Part shown: positions 14,804-27,480 of the stretch, one piece after another
How positions within the stretch are numbered: position 1 is the stretch's first letter
Layout: the number at the start of each line of letters is the position of its first letter
Assembly: GCF_006345805.1 (NCBI RefSeq)
Contig: NC_042997.1
Coordinates: 17,546,001-17,610,000, forward strand
DNA length: 64,000 bases
Direction of reading: 5' to 3'
Source of the DNA: Octopus sinensis
Taxonomy: Eukaryota
Program-made: the position numbers and the translations under genes
Notes under the pieces: model-generated
Seen by the model: only the letters and a program-made list of their open reading frames with translations
Told to the model about the DNA's origin: nothing
The model's database searches: none

Positions 14804-14915
14804 CTCAGTTTGATTGTCAGTGCCTCTAAAATTATTTAGCTTTCTCAGCTCTGTTTCGAAACTATACAGTGCACCAAAGCCAGTAGTATTCATTCTCAAG
14901 TGCTCAGAACTAATT
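14804..14915 (-). CDS. Putative internal coding exon (112 nt)
   Basis: ttgttttaag acceptor, GAG|gtgata donor; ISSEHLRMNTTGFGALYSFETELRKLNNFRGTDNQTE, ends in phase 0 matching the next candidate exon. Confidence 0.38.
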
Positions 14916-15539
14916 CTTAAAACAATCAAGATGAAAATTCTCCCATGGATAAGTTATTAACTAATCCATTAAATTTACAGACACACTAAGAACTTATTTT
15001 CTATTAAGTTAAATGGAAGTTTATAAAGTTTTGTGCATGGCCTAAAGACACAACATAATACTTGCAAAAATGATGATTTATGACAAGACTGTTGTCCTAT
15101 CTTATTTAAGTTAATTTGATTTGGCAATGTTAATAATGTTGGAGATATTCTCTTGGTATACGTTTGTAAAATTGAACGTGCTATTGTATTGACATCTTCT
15201 GGAAAGATGTATCAAAGAATGCTTACCATTGTTTTGTTTTCTTTATCCTGTATTAATATTTTTGAGGCATTACAGAGTTAATAAGTAATATTCAGACACC
15301 TGCTGCAAATTATTGATAACTATAGTAGAGTAGAGTGAATTTTCCAAGCCAGCTGAGCCTAAACACAATTTTTGATTTTGAGATGGAGTTCTTTCACATC
15401 ACTATTTTTTTCCTTCTTAACTTAGTGAAATGTATATACTGAATATCAACCCAACTTCTAACTCTCAAATAAAAATTAATGATTTTAAGATCTACCAAAT
15501 TTCATTCTTGTTCCACACTTCTTAACCTGTAACAACAAA

Positions 15540-16330
15540 AGGAAATCGACTATTGTCATTAGTTGAGAAATATCAATCCATTATCTTAACTCTAGCAAAA
15601 TGACCATCAACTTTACTTTTCTATTTCCTAATTTCAGGCCTCTTTTCTGGCACATGGCCAGGAGTATCTTTGCACTATCCATATACTTCACCCTGTCACA
15701 AATTTGGAAATTCTAAAAGAAATATTCCTGCAGCAAAACTAGCAAAGTCACAGTCAACTTTGTTCTCTTTTCCTCTGAGTGTATGAATTACAAATCCTTT
15801 CTCAAACTTTTCTCATTGTGGTGGATATAACTTTAATCAATTACAGCAATAAAGCTAGTGCCTATTCTTAACTAATTCTTCATTCATGCTTTCATCTTAT
15901 ATGGATATTTAGCTCAGTTTATGACAATGCATGACAATCTATACTATCTCCAATAAAGACAACCTTTTCAACTCCACTGCTAGTTTATCATTTTTAATTT
16001 TAATGACTCAAAGACAGTACAAATTGTAAATAATTCCTTCCTTTTTCAGTTTGTGTCCCTCTTCCAGTATGGTTTTCATACATCATAGTAACTAGCATCT
16101 TTACATGATATACTACACATTTCTTGCCCTTAAGAACTTCAACGGAAACTGTAAAGTTTCTGACTATGATATGAAAAACCTAGCAAAGCTTCTTGAACAT
16201 AAGCTTCACAGTTTTCTTATTTCTTGACTTAGAAACTCTCTGTCAGATGACATCATGTAACACTCCATACTACTTTTTCATACACCTAACCTTGATGTCA
16301 TCAGCATACATAACTACCAATTTACTGACA
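15540..16330 (-). pseudogene. Possible highly decayed LINE RT remnant (CR1/L2-like)
   Basis: LVVMYADDIK motif near 16290 on the minus strand; remainder heavily disrupted. Confidence 0.3.
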
Positions 16331-16594
16331 ACTACTCCTCCACCCTACCTAAACATCTACCCAAATACATCCACCTAAAATGTAACTACTTCTCCACTAT
16401 ATCTATTTATCTGTCCGTTTGTCAATAACTTCTATATTTTTAAGACAACTCCTATGAATCCATTTGCCAGGGGCATCAGTATTGCCTTTGAACTCCAATT
16501 ACTAAATTTGTTAGAGTCAGAAACCAAATACTTTTCAAATCATTCAAAACCACACTAAAAACAGAAGAAACATATTGAGTGATGTAACACCAGA

Positions 16595-16933
16595 TTCAGG
16601 GTGTCTGAATAAAAGGATGACTACAAATACAACTGTTTTGAGTGTAAGTTTAGTCTGTTGGTTATAACAATGAGAGTTCCAGCTGATCCAATCAACAGAA
16701 CAAATTGTTTGTAAAATTAACATGCAAGTGGCTAAGCATGCCATTAATGTAGTTCTCAGGGAGATTCAGCATGACAGAATGTGACAAGGCTGTAAAGGTA
16801 TAACTCATTTTTGCCAGGTGAGTAGACTGGAGCAATGTCAAATAAAGTATCTTGCACAAGGACACAATGCACTACCAGGAATAGAACTAATGACCTTATG
16901 ATTGTAAGCTGAATACTCTAACCATAAAGCCAC
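16595..16933 (-). mobile_element. tRNA-derived CORE-type SINE
   Basis: Minus strand shows a tRNA-like head followed by tgtgtccttgtgcaagatactttatttgacattgctccagtctactcacctggcaaaaatgag, similar to the MIR/CORE domain. Confidence 0.7.
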
Positions 16934-17583
16934 TTGGGTCTAAACATCATCAACAAAAACAATTTAATGAAACACAGCCCAGCTTACTGTAACTAAAGTG
17001 TTAAGATATGAAACATCAACAAACTATTGGTTCTTACAGCTTGTCCAGCAATGACTTTCACATCTAATATAGAAGAAACAAAGAGTAAACTCATCTTAAA
17101 ATTGTTTATGATCTAAAACATCTCTATAATACATTTTCTCAATTATATGACCAATTATGTTTTGGTTCCAGTGAACATAATGAGTTAAAATCTGTCAAAA
17201 TACTGGGAAACTTGTCCATATTCTACATACATTTGCATCTGTTAGTAGTTTTATATGTATTGCTGCAAAGTTATGCTGAAATATTATAGTTAAGTCTGTC
17301 ACATTAGCACAATAAACATTTAAATTCATTCTTTATTCTCTTGACAAAATAGTGAATGTCCTTTCTCTCAACATTTTCCTCTCTCAATTGCCTTTCCTAA
17401 TTTTCATACAGTCTCTCTCTCTTTTTCTCATCATTTCTCTCACATATGTGCCTGAGTGAGTGAGTGAGTGAGTGAGTGAGTGTGTATGTATGTATGTGAG
17501 TGTGTGGTTATATATCTATCTAGAGACATGTATGCATATGCATATTCATGTATATTTTCATGTTTATTTATACATACACATGC

Positions 17584-17620
<37 letters not shown>

Positions 17621-19022
17621 CACCCATGTATATATGCATATATGTATACACACACATATACGCACGCATACATATAACATATATATATATATATGTATGT
17701 ACATCCATATATATGCATATATAATATATATGCGTACATATATAGGTTTGCATACACACACACACACATTTATATATATAATATATCATATATTCTTGCA
17801 GTAAAGGAATATTTGCATATTCAAAGTCATGGGGAAAATAGTTGGTGAGCAAATAATGGTTGCTTTAATAAATAAATATTTTTTCATTTGCTTCAGTTGG
17901 AATAGAATCAATATGGAACTGATTTATACATTTTATATGAATAGAAAGTTTCTGCACGATGTCTCAAGGGTTTTGGGTTATTAGATGACCTTTGTGCAAT
18001 ATCTATGCCAATACCTATGGGTACCAAATGTAACATCCATGTATACAAGTGAAATGGATTGAAGAAATGCAAAAGCTTTCTGTGATATTTTCAATACAGA
18101 TTAAAGAATTGCTAGAGAGACTATTTCAAAATCAAAAGATACTGCCTTTCACTTTTACATGATCTTTTAATTCTTAAACACTCTCGAAACATTATGAAGC
18201 TCTAAAGAATACATGTATATATAAAAAAAAAATGAATTTTCAATCTTAAATGATTCCTACTGCACTACTGAAGCAAAAGAAATGTGAAAATGAATTCTAT
18301 ATTCATTTCTTTAGTGCTGCAGCAAGTCTAATAATATTGAATTGTCAGGTCACCATTGAAGACTTCGGTTTCCTGAAATGTATGTAGCTTAGCTCATCTC
18401 TTTCCAAGGTAAATGCATAAAATGCACATGAAGATATAAGCTTAGCCAAAATCAAGCTGACATATAATTCATCAATAAATATATTACATCTGCATTTATA
18501 TGAGGGATAATGACCACCTGTTGACATAGCTTCTGTGAGAAATTTGGCAAGATGGAATAAAAACGGTTTGGAGGCCTGGGAGGTGGAATCCTCTCAAAGT
18601 TCAAGGGGATGTGAGGTTTTAAGGAGGGAAGCCCTGGCAGATTGTTACAGACTGGCTATCAGTATACAAGTTGACTGTATGTATACACACACACACACAC
18701 ACACACATGCATGCTGTTGTCATGGAAAGAAAGGGTCTATTTGTGATGGCTTTATGGAATTGTGGAAGAGACATAACGATGATAGTGCATGCTTCTACTG
18801 GTAGAGCTGGGTTGTTCAAGATTTGTGGCTAGATCCTCCATATTCTATATGGCTGACATTGGATTTAAGGAAGACAGCAAATTAATGTATTGGAGAGAGA
18901 AGCAGAAAATGTCTCATTGTTGAAAGACTAAAGTTGAGAGCAAAGAATGAATACTCACTGAATTGAAAAAGAAAATACTTGCTGTATGGTTGGGGTGGTT
19001 ACAGCTACAGCCATATTCAAAT

Positions 19023-19702
19023 CAGGGGCATGTGGTGATCTTTCTGGCTGGGGAAGCAATGACCAAAATTTTCTCTCACTTAAGATATTTTAATCAAATT
19101 GACATGTTCGTATTATTCAGCTATTTTTAAAATAAAAGAATCATGTTTTATATTAAGGGTGTTCTGTAATTTGGAAAAGTATAAAATATTAGTTGAATAA
19201 ACGCAGGAAAAACCCATGTTATCTTTTCACCATTTTCCTGATGGAAGCAGAATGTCAACTTGCTTCCCTTACCTTATGTGTTAAATAACAACATAAGATT
19301 ATATTATATCATAGGTATTGCAAATTGACAGAAATTTAATCTAAGCAAATAAGTGTTTATTAGCATCTAAAACTATTCGTTATCAGCTCTTACTAGAAAA
19401 AAAATTATCTTTGTGGCATTTTTATTGGAAAAAAATATTAAAATATTACACCGAAAAGGATGCAACAGTTTGTATTGCTTCCCTTGCAGCATTTCTTTTT
19501 GTGTGTGTTGTCTGCCACTGCTTGTCGTCTCATGCTAATTCCAACAATAAAAGTCTGAAGCCTATGATGTCATGTAGTTTATATTAATTTTACAGAACAT
19601 TAGAACGATCTTATGAAAAATAAGTAATATAGTTTCAATTTTGTTTCTATAATTTTTAAGGGAAGCATTGCTTCCCTTGCTTCCATAGACCACACGCCTA
19701 TG
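19023..19702. mobile_element. hAT-like non-autonomous DNA transposon
   Basis: Imperfect TIRs (caggggcatgtggt...gggaagcaatg vs reverse complement cataggcgtgtggt...gggaagcaatg); 8-bp TSD attcaaat (19015-19022) / attcatat (19703-19710), 7/8 match. Confidence 0.65.
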
Positions 19703-20333
19703 ATTCATATAGGCGTAAGAGTAAGGACTGACGGGAAAAGGATGCTATAGTGTGTGTGTGGGGGAGTAATTGAGCATTTTCTGGAAGCACTAAGGTTCTT
19801 AGCAGTGCTAGTGTGAGCCTTAATGTTGGAAATTACTGAAATCATTGCAGTCTTCAATCAGCAGCTGATGAAAGTATATCATCATCATTATGATCAGCAC
19901 CACTGCCATCACTATTTTACATCTTCTTGCCATGCTAGTATGGGGTGAATGGCCTGGCCAAGTCAGTTCATAAAAGGCGTGACTGTACTCCCAGAGTACT
20001 CAGATTACCACATTTTGGTTGTGCATTTCATTTTTAGCTTGATTTTTATGGTTGGATGCTGTTCCAATCACCAAAAACTTTACAAAGTACACTTTCTGCA
20101 GTTTATCATGGCACTCACACTAGGGAAGTTATATCCTCAGCAAAGCAAGACTAGAGTTTTCTCTTGTTGTGAGTTTTTTTTTTTACATGTTTTCTGAGTG
20201 TATTGGGTACATTTTATTGTGGAATCAGCTTGGCCTGTATATTGTAAGGGCAAAGAGTACTCATATATATATACATGTATGAATGTATATATATATATTG
20301 TAAAAACAAACAATACTCATATAGACACAATCT

Positions 20334-20478
20334 TGGCTGTGTCGTAAAGCAGTTAAATTCCAACTACATGGTCTCGGACTCAGTCATACTGTGTGGCACC
20401 TTTGAAAAAGGTCTTCTACTCTATCCTCAGGTCAACCAAAGCTTTGTGAGTAGTTTTGGCAAATGGAAATGGTAAAGA

Positions 20479-20520
<42 letters not shown>
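20334..20520 (+). mobile_element. tRNA-derived SINE head (decayed) plus (TG)n
   Basis: tggctgtgtcgtaa...ggactcagtc...ggcacctttgaaaaaggtcttctact, homologous to the 52128-52545 copy. Confidence 0.7.
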
Positions 20521-20522
<2 letters not shown>

Positions 20523-20684
20523 TACATGTGTCTGTATGTTTCATTAATGATTAAGCTATGGGTAATGACATTGCAGTTATATTGACAATTAACAAGCCAT
20601 CTGCTGGTTTTGTACATTTGAAAGTGAATGTAACATGATATTCCTTATTTGAAAAACAAATAAAGGTTAGCCACAAAGAGAGTA

Positions 20685-21270
20685 TCATCATCATCATTAT
20701 TTAATGTATGCCTTCTATGCTGGCATGGGTGGGATGGTTCCACAAGAGCTGGCCAGGCAGAAGCCTGTACCAGATTTCTGTGACTGTTTTGGCAGGATTT
20801 TTACAGCTAGATGCTCTTCCTAACACCAGCCACCCAGTAGAGTGAACTTACTGCTTTTTATGTCAGCTATAAAACAATGCTTCAGTACTATATTCATCTC
20901 ATTTGCATAGCATGGGAAAATGAACATAAAAAGTAGTGTATGTATACATATGTTATACACACACATTATACACATACACACATATTATACACATACACAC
21001 ATATATTATACACATAGATATAACATACATGAATACACACATATATATCATACATCTCAATGTTTATTTCACCATGCTTGCAGCATGGACAGTTGATCTT
21101 CCCTGTATTTGTGGTCTCTCCATTGCCAACTATCATGGTCCTTTGTCATCTTCCCCATAAGATGTAGCATCTTGAGTTCAGTCTTCACTGCTTTGTCCCC
21201 AATCATTCTCAGCCTATTCCACAGGGTCCATTCACTGTGAACACATGGAACTTCACCATATAGCTCTCAT
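20685..21270 (-). mobile_element. Two RTE 3'-tail fragments
   Basis: catcatcat...tatgctggcatgggt tail motif at about 20690; second tail and RTE C-terminal remnant at about 21055-21270. Confidence 0.6.
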
Positions 21271-21748
21271 TATACAGTCCGAAAGAGAGAGAGAGTAAGA
21301 GAGAGAAAGAAAAAGAAAGTGTGTGTGCAAATATATGTACATATGTGTGTACGTATGTAAATATTTATATATGTATACATATGTGTGTGTACATATATGT
21401 ACATGTATGTGTATGTATGTTCATTTGAAGCTGGTTCTTCAACCTGTTGCCATTCTGAGTTTTTTAAAAAAGTAACGGGTAATACTTTGCTATATGCATT
21501 GAGTACTTTCCAATTTGTCATTGTCATTCATTGCAGAGGTGTTTTTATTTTCCCATGTTTCCAAAGACATAAATACATTAAATATATATCTTTATTCTAC
21601 ATTTTATGAAAAAGCTCCTTGATTAAGTAATATTTCTTTAACAAGCACCTACTGTTATGTTGTCTGTTGATTTAAATTAGCTAATAAAACTGAACACCTA
21701 TTTTATTATTCATTAAAGATCTCCAATATAAAAGTCTTCATTCTACTG

Positions 21749-22740
21749 ATAATTTATATAGTGTGTCAACTGCTTCTTTAATGCAAATACATTAAAGAAG
21801 CCTCAGAAGCTTTTATAGATGCAATCTATTAGGCTACAGAGAAACCATATCATTTGTTTTTGATCTTGACAACGATTAAAATTGTGTCAATCCTAATCGA
21901 GTAGACATCAATATCATCCTCATTTAACATCTAAGTTCTGTGCTGGCATGGGTTGGATGGTCTGACAGGATTCAACAGGTCCGAAGACTGCATCATGCTC
22001 CAATGTATGCTTTGGCAAGATTGCTATGACTGGGTGCCTTTCCTAATGCTAATATCTTTACAATAGGTACTGGGTCGTTTTACTCGTGGTACCAGAACTA
22101 GTGATAACACCATGCAGCCTGCAAGACTAAGATCCCATCAACTGACTAGAGTTACAATAGAGAGAAATTCAGTTTTAAACTATGGGACAAGGAAGCCAGA
22201 ACAGAACAGGTTTCTTGCAGCAGAGGAGCTACTCTGTTTCTCAATTATAAAAGGGAGGGTGGGAGTGGTCAGAGTGGACCTCAAAATATGAGGTAAATAG
22301 AAGTGAGTGGGGACAAGAAAGCATGAAGTGTGGATAAGTAGAAGTTGTAAGAGTGTATGGGAAAATGATAGATGGTTGGAGTTAGGTAATGTGTGAGAGG
22401 GTGAGTATAATGATAATATGTAAGGAAGGCAGAGTGGGTTAAAGTGAAGGGCAACATAATAATGATAATAATAATAATAATTTATATAGTGTGTCAACTG
22501 CTTCTTTAATGCAAATACATTAAAGAAGCCCCAGAAGCTTTTATAGATGCAATCTATTAGACTATAGAGAAACCATATCATTTGTTTTGATCTTGCCAAC
22601 AATTAAAATTGTGTCAATCCTAATAGAGTAGACCATCCAACCCACGCCAGCACAGAACATAGACGTTAAATAAGGATGATATTGATGTCTACTCGATTAG
22701 GATTGACACAATTTTAATCGTTGTCAAGATCAAAAACAAA
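21749..22740. repeat. About 157-bp direct duplication flanking an RTE-tail element, plus 110-bp inverted copy
   Basis: 21749-21906 matches 22477-22633; 22631-22740 is the reverse complement of 21853-21962. Confidence 0.92.
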
Positions 22741-23092
22741 GGGTGTAGAGTCTCAGCTGAGATTGAAACTATAGACCACCTAATCTCAGGGTGTAGACTC
22801 TTAGCTGAGATTGAAACTACATACCACCTAATCTCAGGGTGTAGATTCTTAGCTGAGATTGAAACTACAGACCATAAAATCTCAGGGTGTAGAGTCTTAG
22901 CTGAGATTGAAACTACAGACCACCTAATCTCAGGGTGTAGAGTCTTAGCTGAGATTGAAACTATAGACCACCTAATCTTAGGGTGTAGAGTCTTAGCTGA
23001 GATTGAAACTACAGACCACCTAATCTCAGGGTGTAGAGTCTTAGCTGAGATTGAAACTATAGACCACCTAATCTCAAGGTGTAGAGCCTTAG
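22741..23092 (+). repeat. 48-bp tandem repeat, 7 full units plus a partial
   Basis: Unit gggtgtagagtcttagctgagattgaaactacagaccacctaatctca starts at 22741, 22789, 22837, 22885, 22933, 22981, 23029; encodes GCRVLAEIETTDHLIS in frame. Confidence 0.97.
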
Positions 23093-23785
23093 CACCTGTA
23101 GAATATAAAGCAAGACATGACAGAGTTGGCCAATATTTACACTGGACAATATGTTGGTATTATAAAATCAAAACCACTGACAAATGGTATAAACAGCATC
23201 CTGAAGCTGTGACTGAGGGAGAAAAGGTGTCGATTCTATGGGACTTCCACGTACATACTGACAAAACTATAAAAGCTAATAAACCAGATATTATTATAAA
23301 AGATCAAACAAAAAAGATGTGTTTATTAATTGACATGAGTATTCCTTGCGATCACAATATAGCGGCGAAAGAATTTGACAAGATCAGTAAATATAAAGAC
23401 TTGCTAATGGACAATGAAAAAATGTGGCATCTCAAGGTGACTACAGTACCAGTGATTGAAGGATCTCTAGGAATGATAAAAAAGGGTACTGAAACCTATT
23501 TGTAAATGATACCAGGCTTACCATCCCTACAGGAAGTGCAAAAAATTGTGTTAACTGGAATGGCTCATGTACTGAGAAGAGCATTATCGCTGTGAAAACA
23601 ACATCCATTCGGGAATTTATTTATTTATTAATTTTTATAAATACATATTTTACCTGTGAATTTGCATGTATAATCTGGGAATGCATACAATGAGCTTCTC
23701 TGCTCTAGGTGTACGGAAAACACTCTGCGAGAAACGGAAGAAAATTTGAAGAAAGAAGGAAATAATAATAATAATAATAATGATA
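22741..23785 (+). mobile_element. 5'-truncated R4/Dong-like RLE non-LTR retrotransposon
   Basis: ETIDHLIS.CRALAPVEYKARHD...ILWDF..HTDKTIKANKPDIII...LLIDMSIP...KEFDKISKY...VPVIEGSLG (zinc knuckle plus PD-(D/E)XK endonuclease); 3'UTR ends in (TAA)n at about 23761-23785. Confidence 0.87.
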
Positions 23786-24175
23786 ATACAAAAGAGAGAG
23801 GTAAAATGAGAGAGGATGGGAGAAAAGGATATCATCATCATTTCTGTGCTAGTATATACACACACACACACACACATATATGACATGTGGCTGGGTAGGT
23901 TGCAAGAGTTGTAAAAGTGCAGTGGATGCAGAAGAGAGAGAGAGGTATGGCTGCAGAGGAGAGATAATTTGGTGGCTCAAGAAGTAATCAATGAAAAATG
24001 TGAGCGGAGAAGAAAGTATTAAGAGTAAAAGACAGGTAACAAGTGAAATGGTTCCATATTCTAAGAAGGGTAAGTGGTACCAGGGTAAAGCATTCTCACC
24101 ATGGCCACTCTGCTTTGTTGAATATCAGGGATTATATTGTCCAGTGTGTTCCTTCTTTTTTAGGGCACTAGGGTG

Positions 24176-25396
24176 TGGAGGGTAGGCTGAAAAGTTCATA
24201 GACTGACTATGAAGGAGTGATAGAGCTGTGATATCTTGCATGCATTAATTTTAACTCTTCTTATTAATAATTAATAACTGCATTGTTTCTTTCCATGTAA
24301 ACTGACATCTTACTGTTCAAAGGAGACTTCAAAAGTAACTAGTAGCAACTTCTCTTGAAAACAGTCATTATTTGGCACTGTGGTGTTATCAAGTAACTGC
24401 AATAAAAGAATTTAGCCCCAAGGACAACCATGCTGACATGGTTGCTACATTTGGGGATGATGCTCCAACTTTATCAACAATACAAAAGTGGGCAGCTGAA
24501 TTTAGGAGGGGAAAGGAGAGTCTTGAAGATGACCTATGGTCTGAATGTCCTGCAGCTTCCACCACTGAAGAAAACATTAATTGTATTTATCACATGGTGA
24601 TGGATGACAGGTACTTGATGATAAATCAAATAGCCAATGTTGTTAGCATATTTTTTGAGAGTTTGAGAATATTCTGCACAATGAACTTGGCATGGCAAAG
24701 GTTTCTGCTCAGTGGTTGCCATGTATTCAGACTCCTGAACAAAACCACACCAGACCGATTACATTATGGGAAAATCTGACATTGCTTGAGTCAGATCCAT
24801 CTGGTTTCCCTGTACATTTCCTAATTCAGAATTCATCACATTGAGCCAGACACAAAGAGATAATCCATGCAGTGGAAATATTCTGCCTCACCTGCTCCAA
24901 AGAAAGCCAAGGTTGTTTCATCTGCAGGGTAAGTGAAGACCTCAGTTTTTGGGGATGCAAATGCCATTGCATTTATTGACTATCATCAATGGAGAGTACT
25001 ATTCCAACTTGCTGAGGCAGTTACAAAAGACTATCAAAACTGCACTAGCAGACAATTCATTAGTTTCAATGGCTGCTGTGTATGACTGTGGCTTTGAACT
25101 AGTTGATCACTCTTACTCTTCTCCTGATTTGGCCTCATCTGACTATCATCTGTTCTCTAACATGGAAAAACATTCATCTGGGAAGCAGTATCATAGTGAT
25201 GATGATGTCATATCTGCTGGCATTGAGATTTTTGTGCAATAGGATGAAAGCTTCTTCACTAACGGAATCCAAGCACTAAAACACTGATGAAAGAAGTGTG
25301 TAAACTGCAAGGGGGACTACATTAAAAAATAATCTCATTTGATCACATTCTATGAGTGTATCTTGTTCAGCATATGAAATTTTCAGCTAACATTTG
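24176..25396 (+). mobile_element. mariner element with transposase pseudogene
   Basis: TIRs gagggtaggctgaaaagttcatag / catatgaaattttcagctaacatttg|ta; KWAAEFRRGKESLEDD, SSPDLASSDYHLF, KKCV..KGDYIKK. Confidence 0.92.
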
Positions 25397-25964
25397 TATA
25401 TGATGAAATTTGGCTATTATTTCTTGCAGGTTCAGTAATCCTGTTGAGGCTCTCCCATTGGCTCATACCAGTGGTCCCTCTGTTTTTTTTTTATTATTGC
25501 CAGTGTAGTGGTAATATACACAATTGGGGAATATGAATGACAATTGCTCTTGTGGCTGAGTAGTGTGTAAGACAATGGTAGTGTAGGTAAAGTTTAGGAT
25601 AATGGTAGTGGTGAACTAAATTATGTTGCTGGTGATAATGGAGGTAGAAGTTGCAGTGAAGATAGTATTGAGGATATCAATAATGATAATAATGATAAAT
25701 AATGACTATGATAATGATGCTGATAATGATCAGGATCAGTAAGACCATGACGATGGTGATAAATTTACAGCTTCCTTTGGGAAATTATATTAATGATATT
25801 TGGTGTTTCGGTCTGTCACTTAAAATTCATATTTCAGCTTTTATAGCTGATGTTGTAACAAAACTATTGTTAATGTTATCATTGATTCTGATGTTGAAAA
25901 TCATCTTGTGTCTCTCTCACTGAACAAACTGACTGTAATTGAGCACTGTGATTGTGTTTTTGTT

Positions 25965-27480
25965 GTTGTTTAGCCCTGATCAATCCTAATTGAGCAGAAC
26001 TATGATCAAATATATTCCATCTATGACCATCTCATTATTTTCATCAGACATAGTATATTTTAGATTATATTATCCAGTATGTTAACATATCATTGCTTGT
26101 TTTAAGATGGTAGAGTGTAATTTGGGGTAACTCTTGGCTACTATTTCTAGCTCTCTTTTTAGCTTGCTTGATTATTAATTGTGTCTATGTGTTTCATGAG
26201 GACAGTGAATTAAGTTTCAGGGTGGTATAGTGAATATGGTTGAATATAAGAGCACACTTCTTCAGTACATCCTTCACTTCCTCTCTCACTTCAAGAAAAT
26301 GAAGTGAAGAAAATGACATTACTCTTAGAAAAGTTGCCTAGTTTCAGTCAGCAGTTGATGGAGGAGAGCTGTGATTAATGACATTACAACCATGACCATC
26401 TCCTTTTTCCAGACATAGTATGTCTAAGATTAAATCATCGAGCGTTTTTTTTTTACTTTTGAAGATGGCATGATGTGACTTGAGGGAGTTTTGGTTGCTA
26501 TTTCTTGCAAGCTAAGTAACTACACAGAGATTTCCTTATTGGTTGACCTCTGGGGAAGGTTTTACAGGATGAAACTACATCAGCAAATTGGATTTTTATT
26601 TATTTTAATCACTTAGAGATATAATATTGTCCTGAGTAACTCAATAAATTGCATCTGGAAACGTTGCCCCAGCCCAGGACTTCAGGAGTTTTGGGGAGTA
26701 TGGAGTTACTTCATGGTTATCAACACTCCATGGCAGGTAGTTCCTTTCATGAGCTTCAGTTATATGTTAGAAAGCAAATTTTTCCTATGAGTAAGGTATA
26801 CAAAATTTAGAGAGTTGGCTTTTTGACATATGCTACACCAGTTTATCAGTGTGTAGACATACCCTGACTTGAAGTGAGCTAGTCACCTCACCTAAGAGTT
26901 AATCAGGCGCAATACCACAAGGATAAACTTGGGAAAGCAGGAAAATAGCAGACCAAGTATATTGGCAGGGGACAATGGGAAACAACTGCTGTATCTTCCC
27001 CCACAATATTGTGAATCTTCAAACTTTGGCATGGAGACATGCAGATCCATAGTTGTTGATGCCTGTAATAAAGGCATATGAAAAGGGAGAGAGGTGGGGA
27101 GATAATATATAATGAATACATCTATTCAGTTATTCTAAGTTAAGTTTTTGCTTATTTTCTATTTATAATTAATCATTCATCAATAAAATACAGGCAAACA
27201 TAGCGTATTATACAGGCTCTGTTTTTATACTTATATTTTCATCTTCGTTTTTATCCTTAAATTTTTCTATTTACTTTGGCTGTTTTTGTTGTTGATGTTT
27301 AAATCCAGCTCAGCCTTGATTAAGTAAACCTAGGATCAAAGACATTCATGCTATGTTCATGCAGTCTTGTTAATTAAGGATACATTTTCCAATATGTCCT
27401 TTTCTTTTTTAAGACAGTTGAATTTCATTTCAGGGAGATTTGACTGCATTTTCTTGCAAGGTAAGCAACTACATTAATGC
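25965..27480 (-). mobile_element. Three copies of an old SINE-like repeat (about 25965-26150, 26340-26545, 27295-27480)
   Basis: Shared motif tttaagatgg...gtgtgatttgagggag.ttggctgctatttct; related copies near 36540-36760, 42140-42330 and 42760-42900. Family assignment uncertain. Confidence 0.55.

Noticed and set aside
15224-15244. 21-nt micro-exon candidate before gtaag
   Set aside because: Joining it to the 14915 acceptor gives an in-frame TGA or a phase mismatch.
15615-15712. Exon-like NFQICDRVKYMDSAKILLAMCQKRGLKLGNRK on the minus strand
   Set aside because: Lies within a probable decayed LINE remnant and is not phase-linked convincingly to the other candidates.
22741-23092. CRISPR-like appearance of the regular repeat
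   Set aside because: No unique spacers, eukaryotic context, and the unit is LINE coding sequence.
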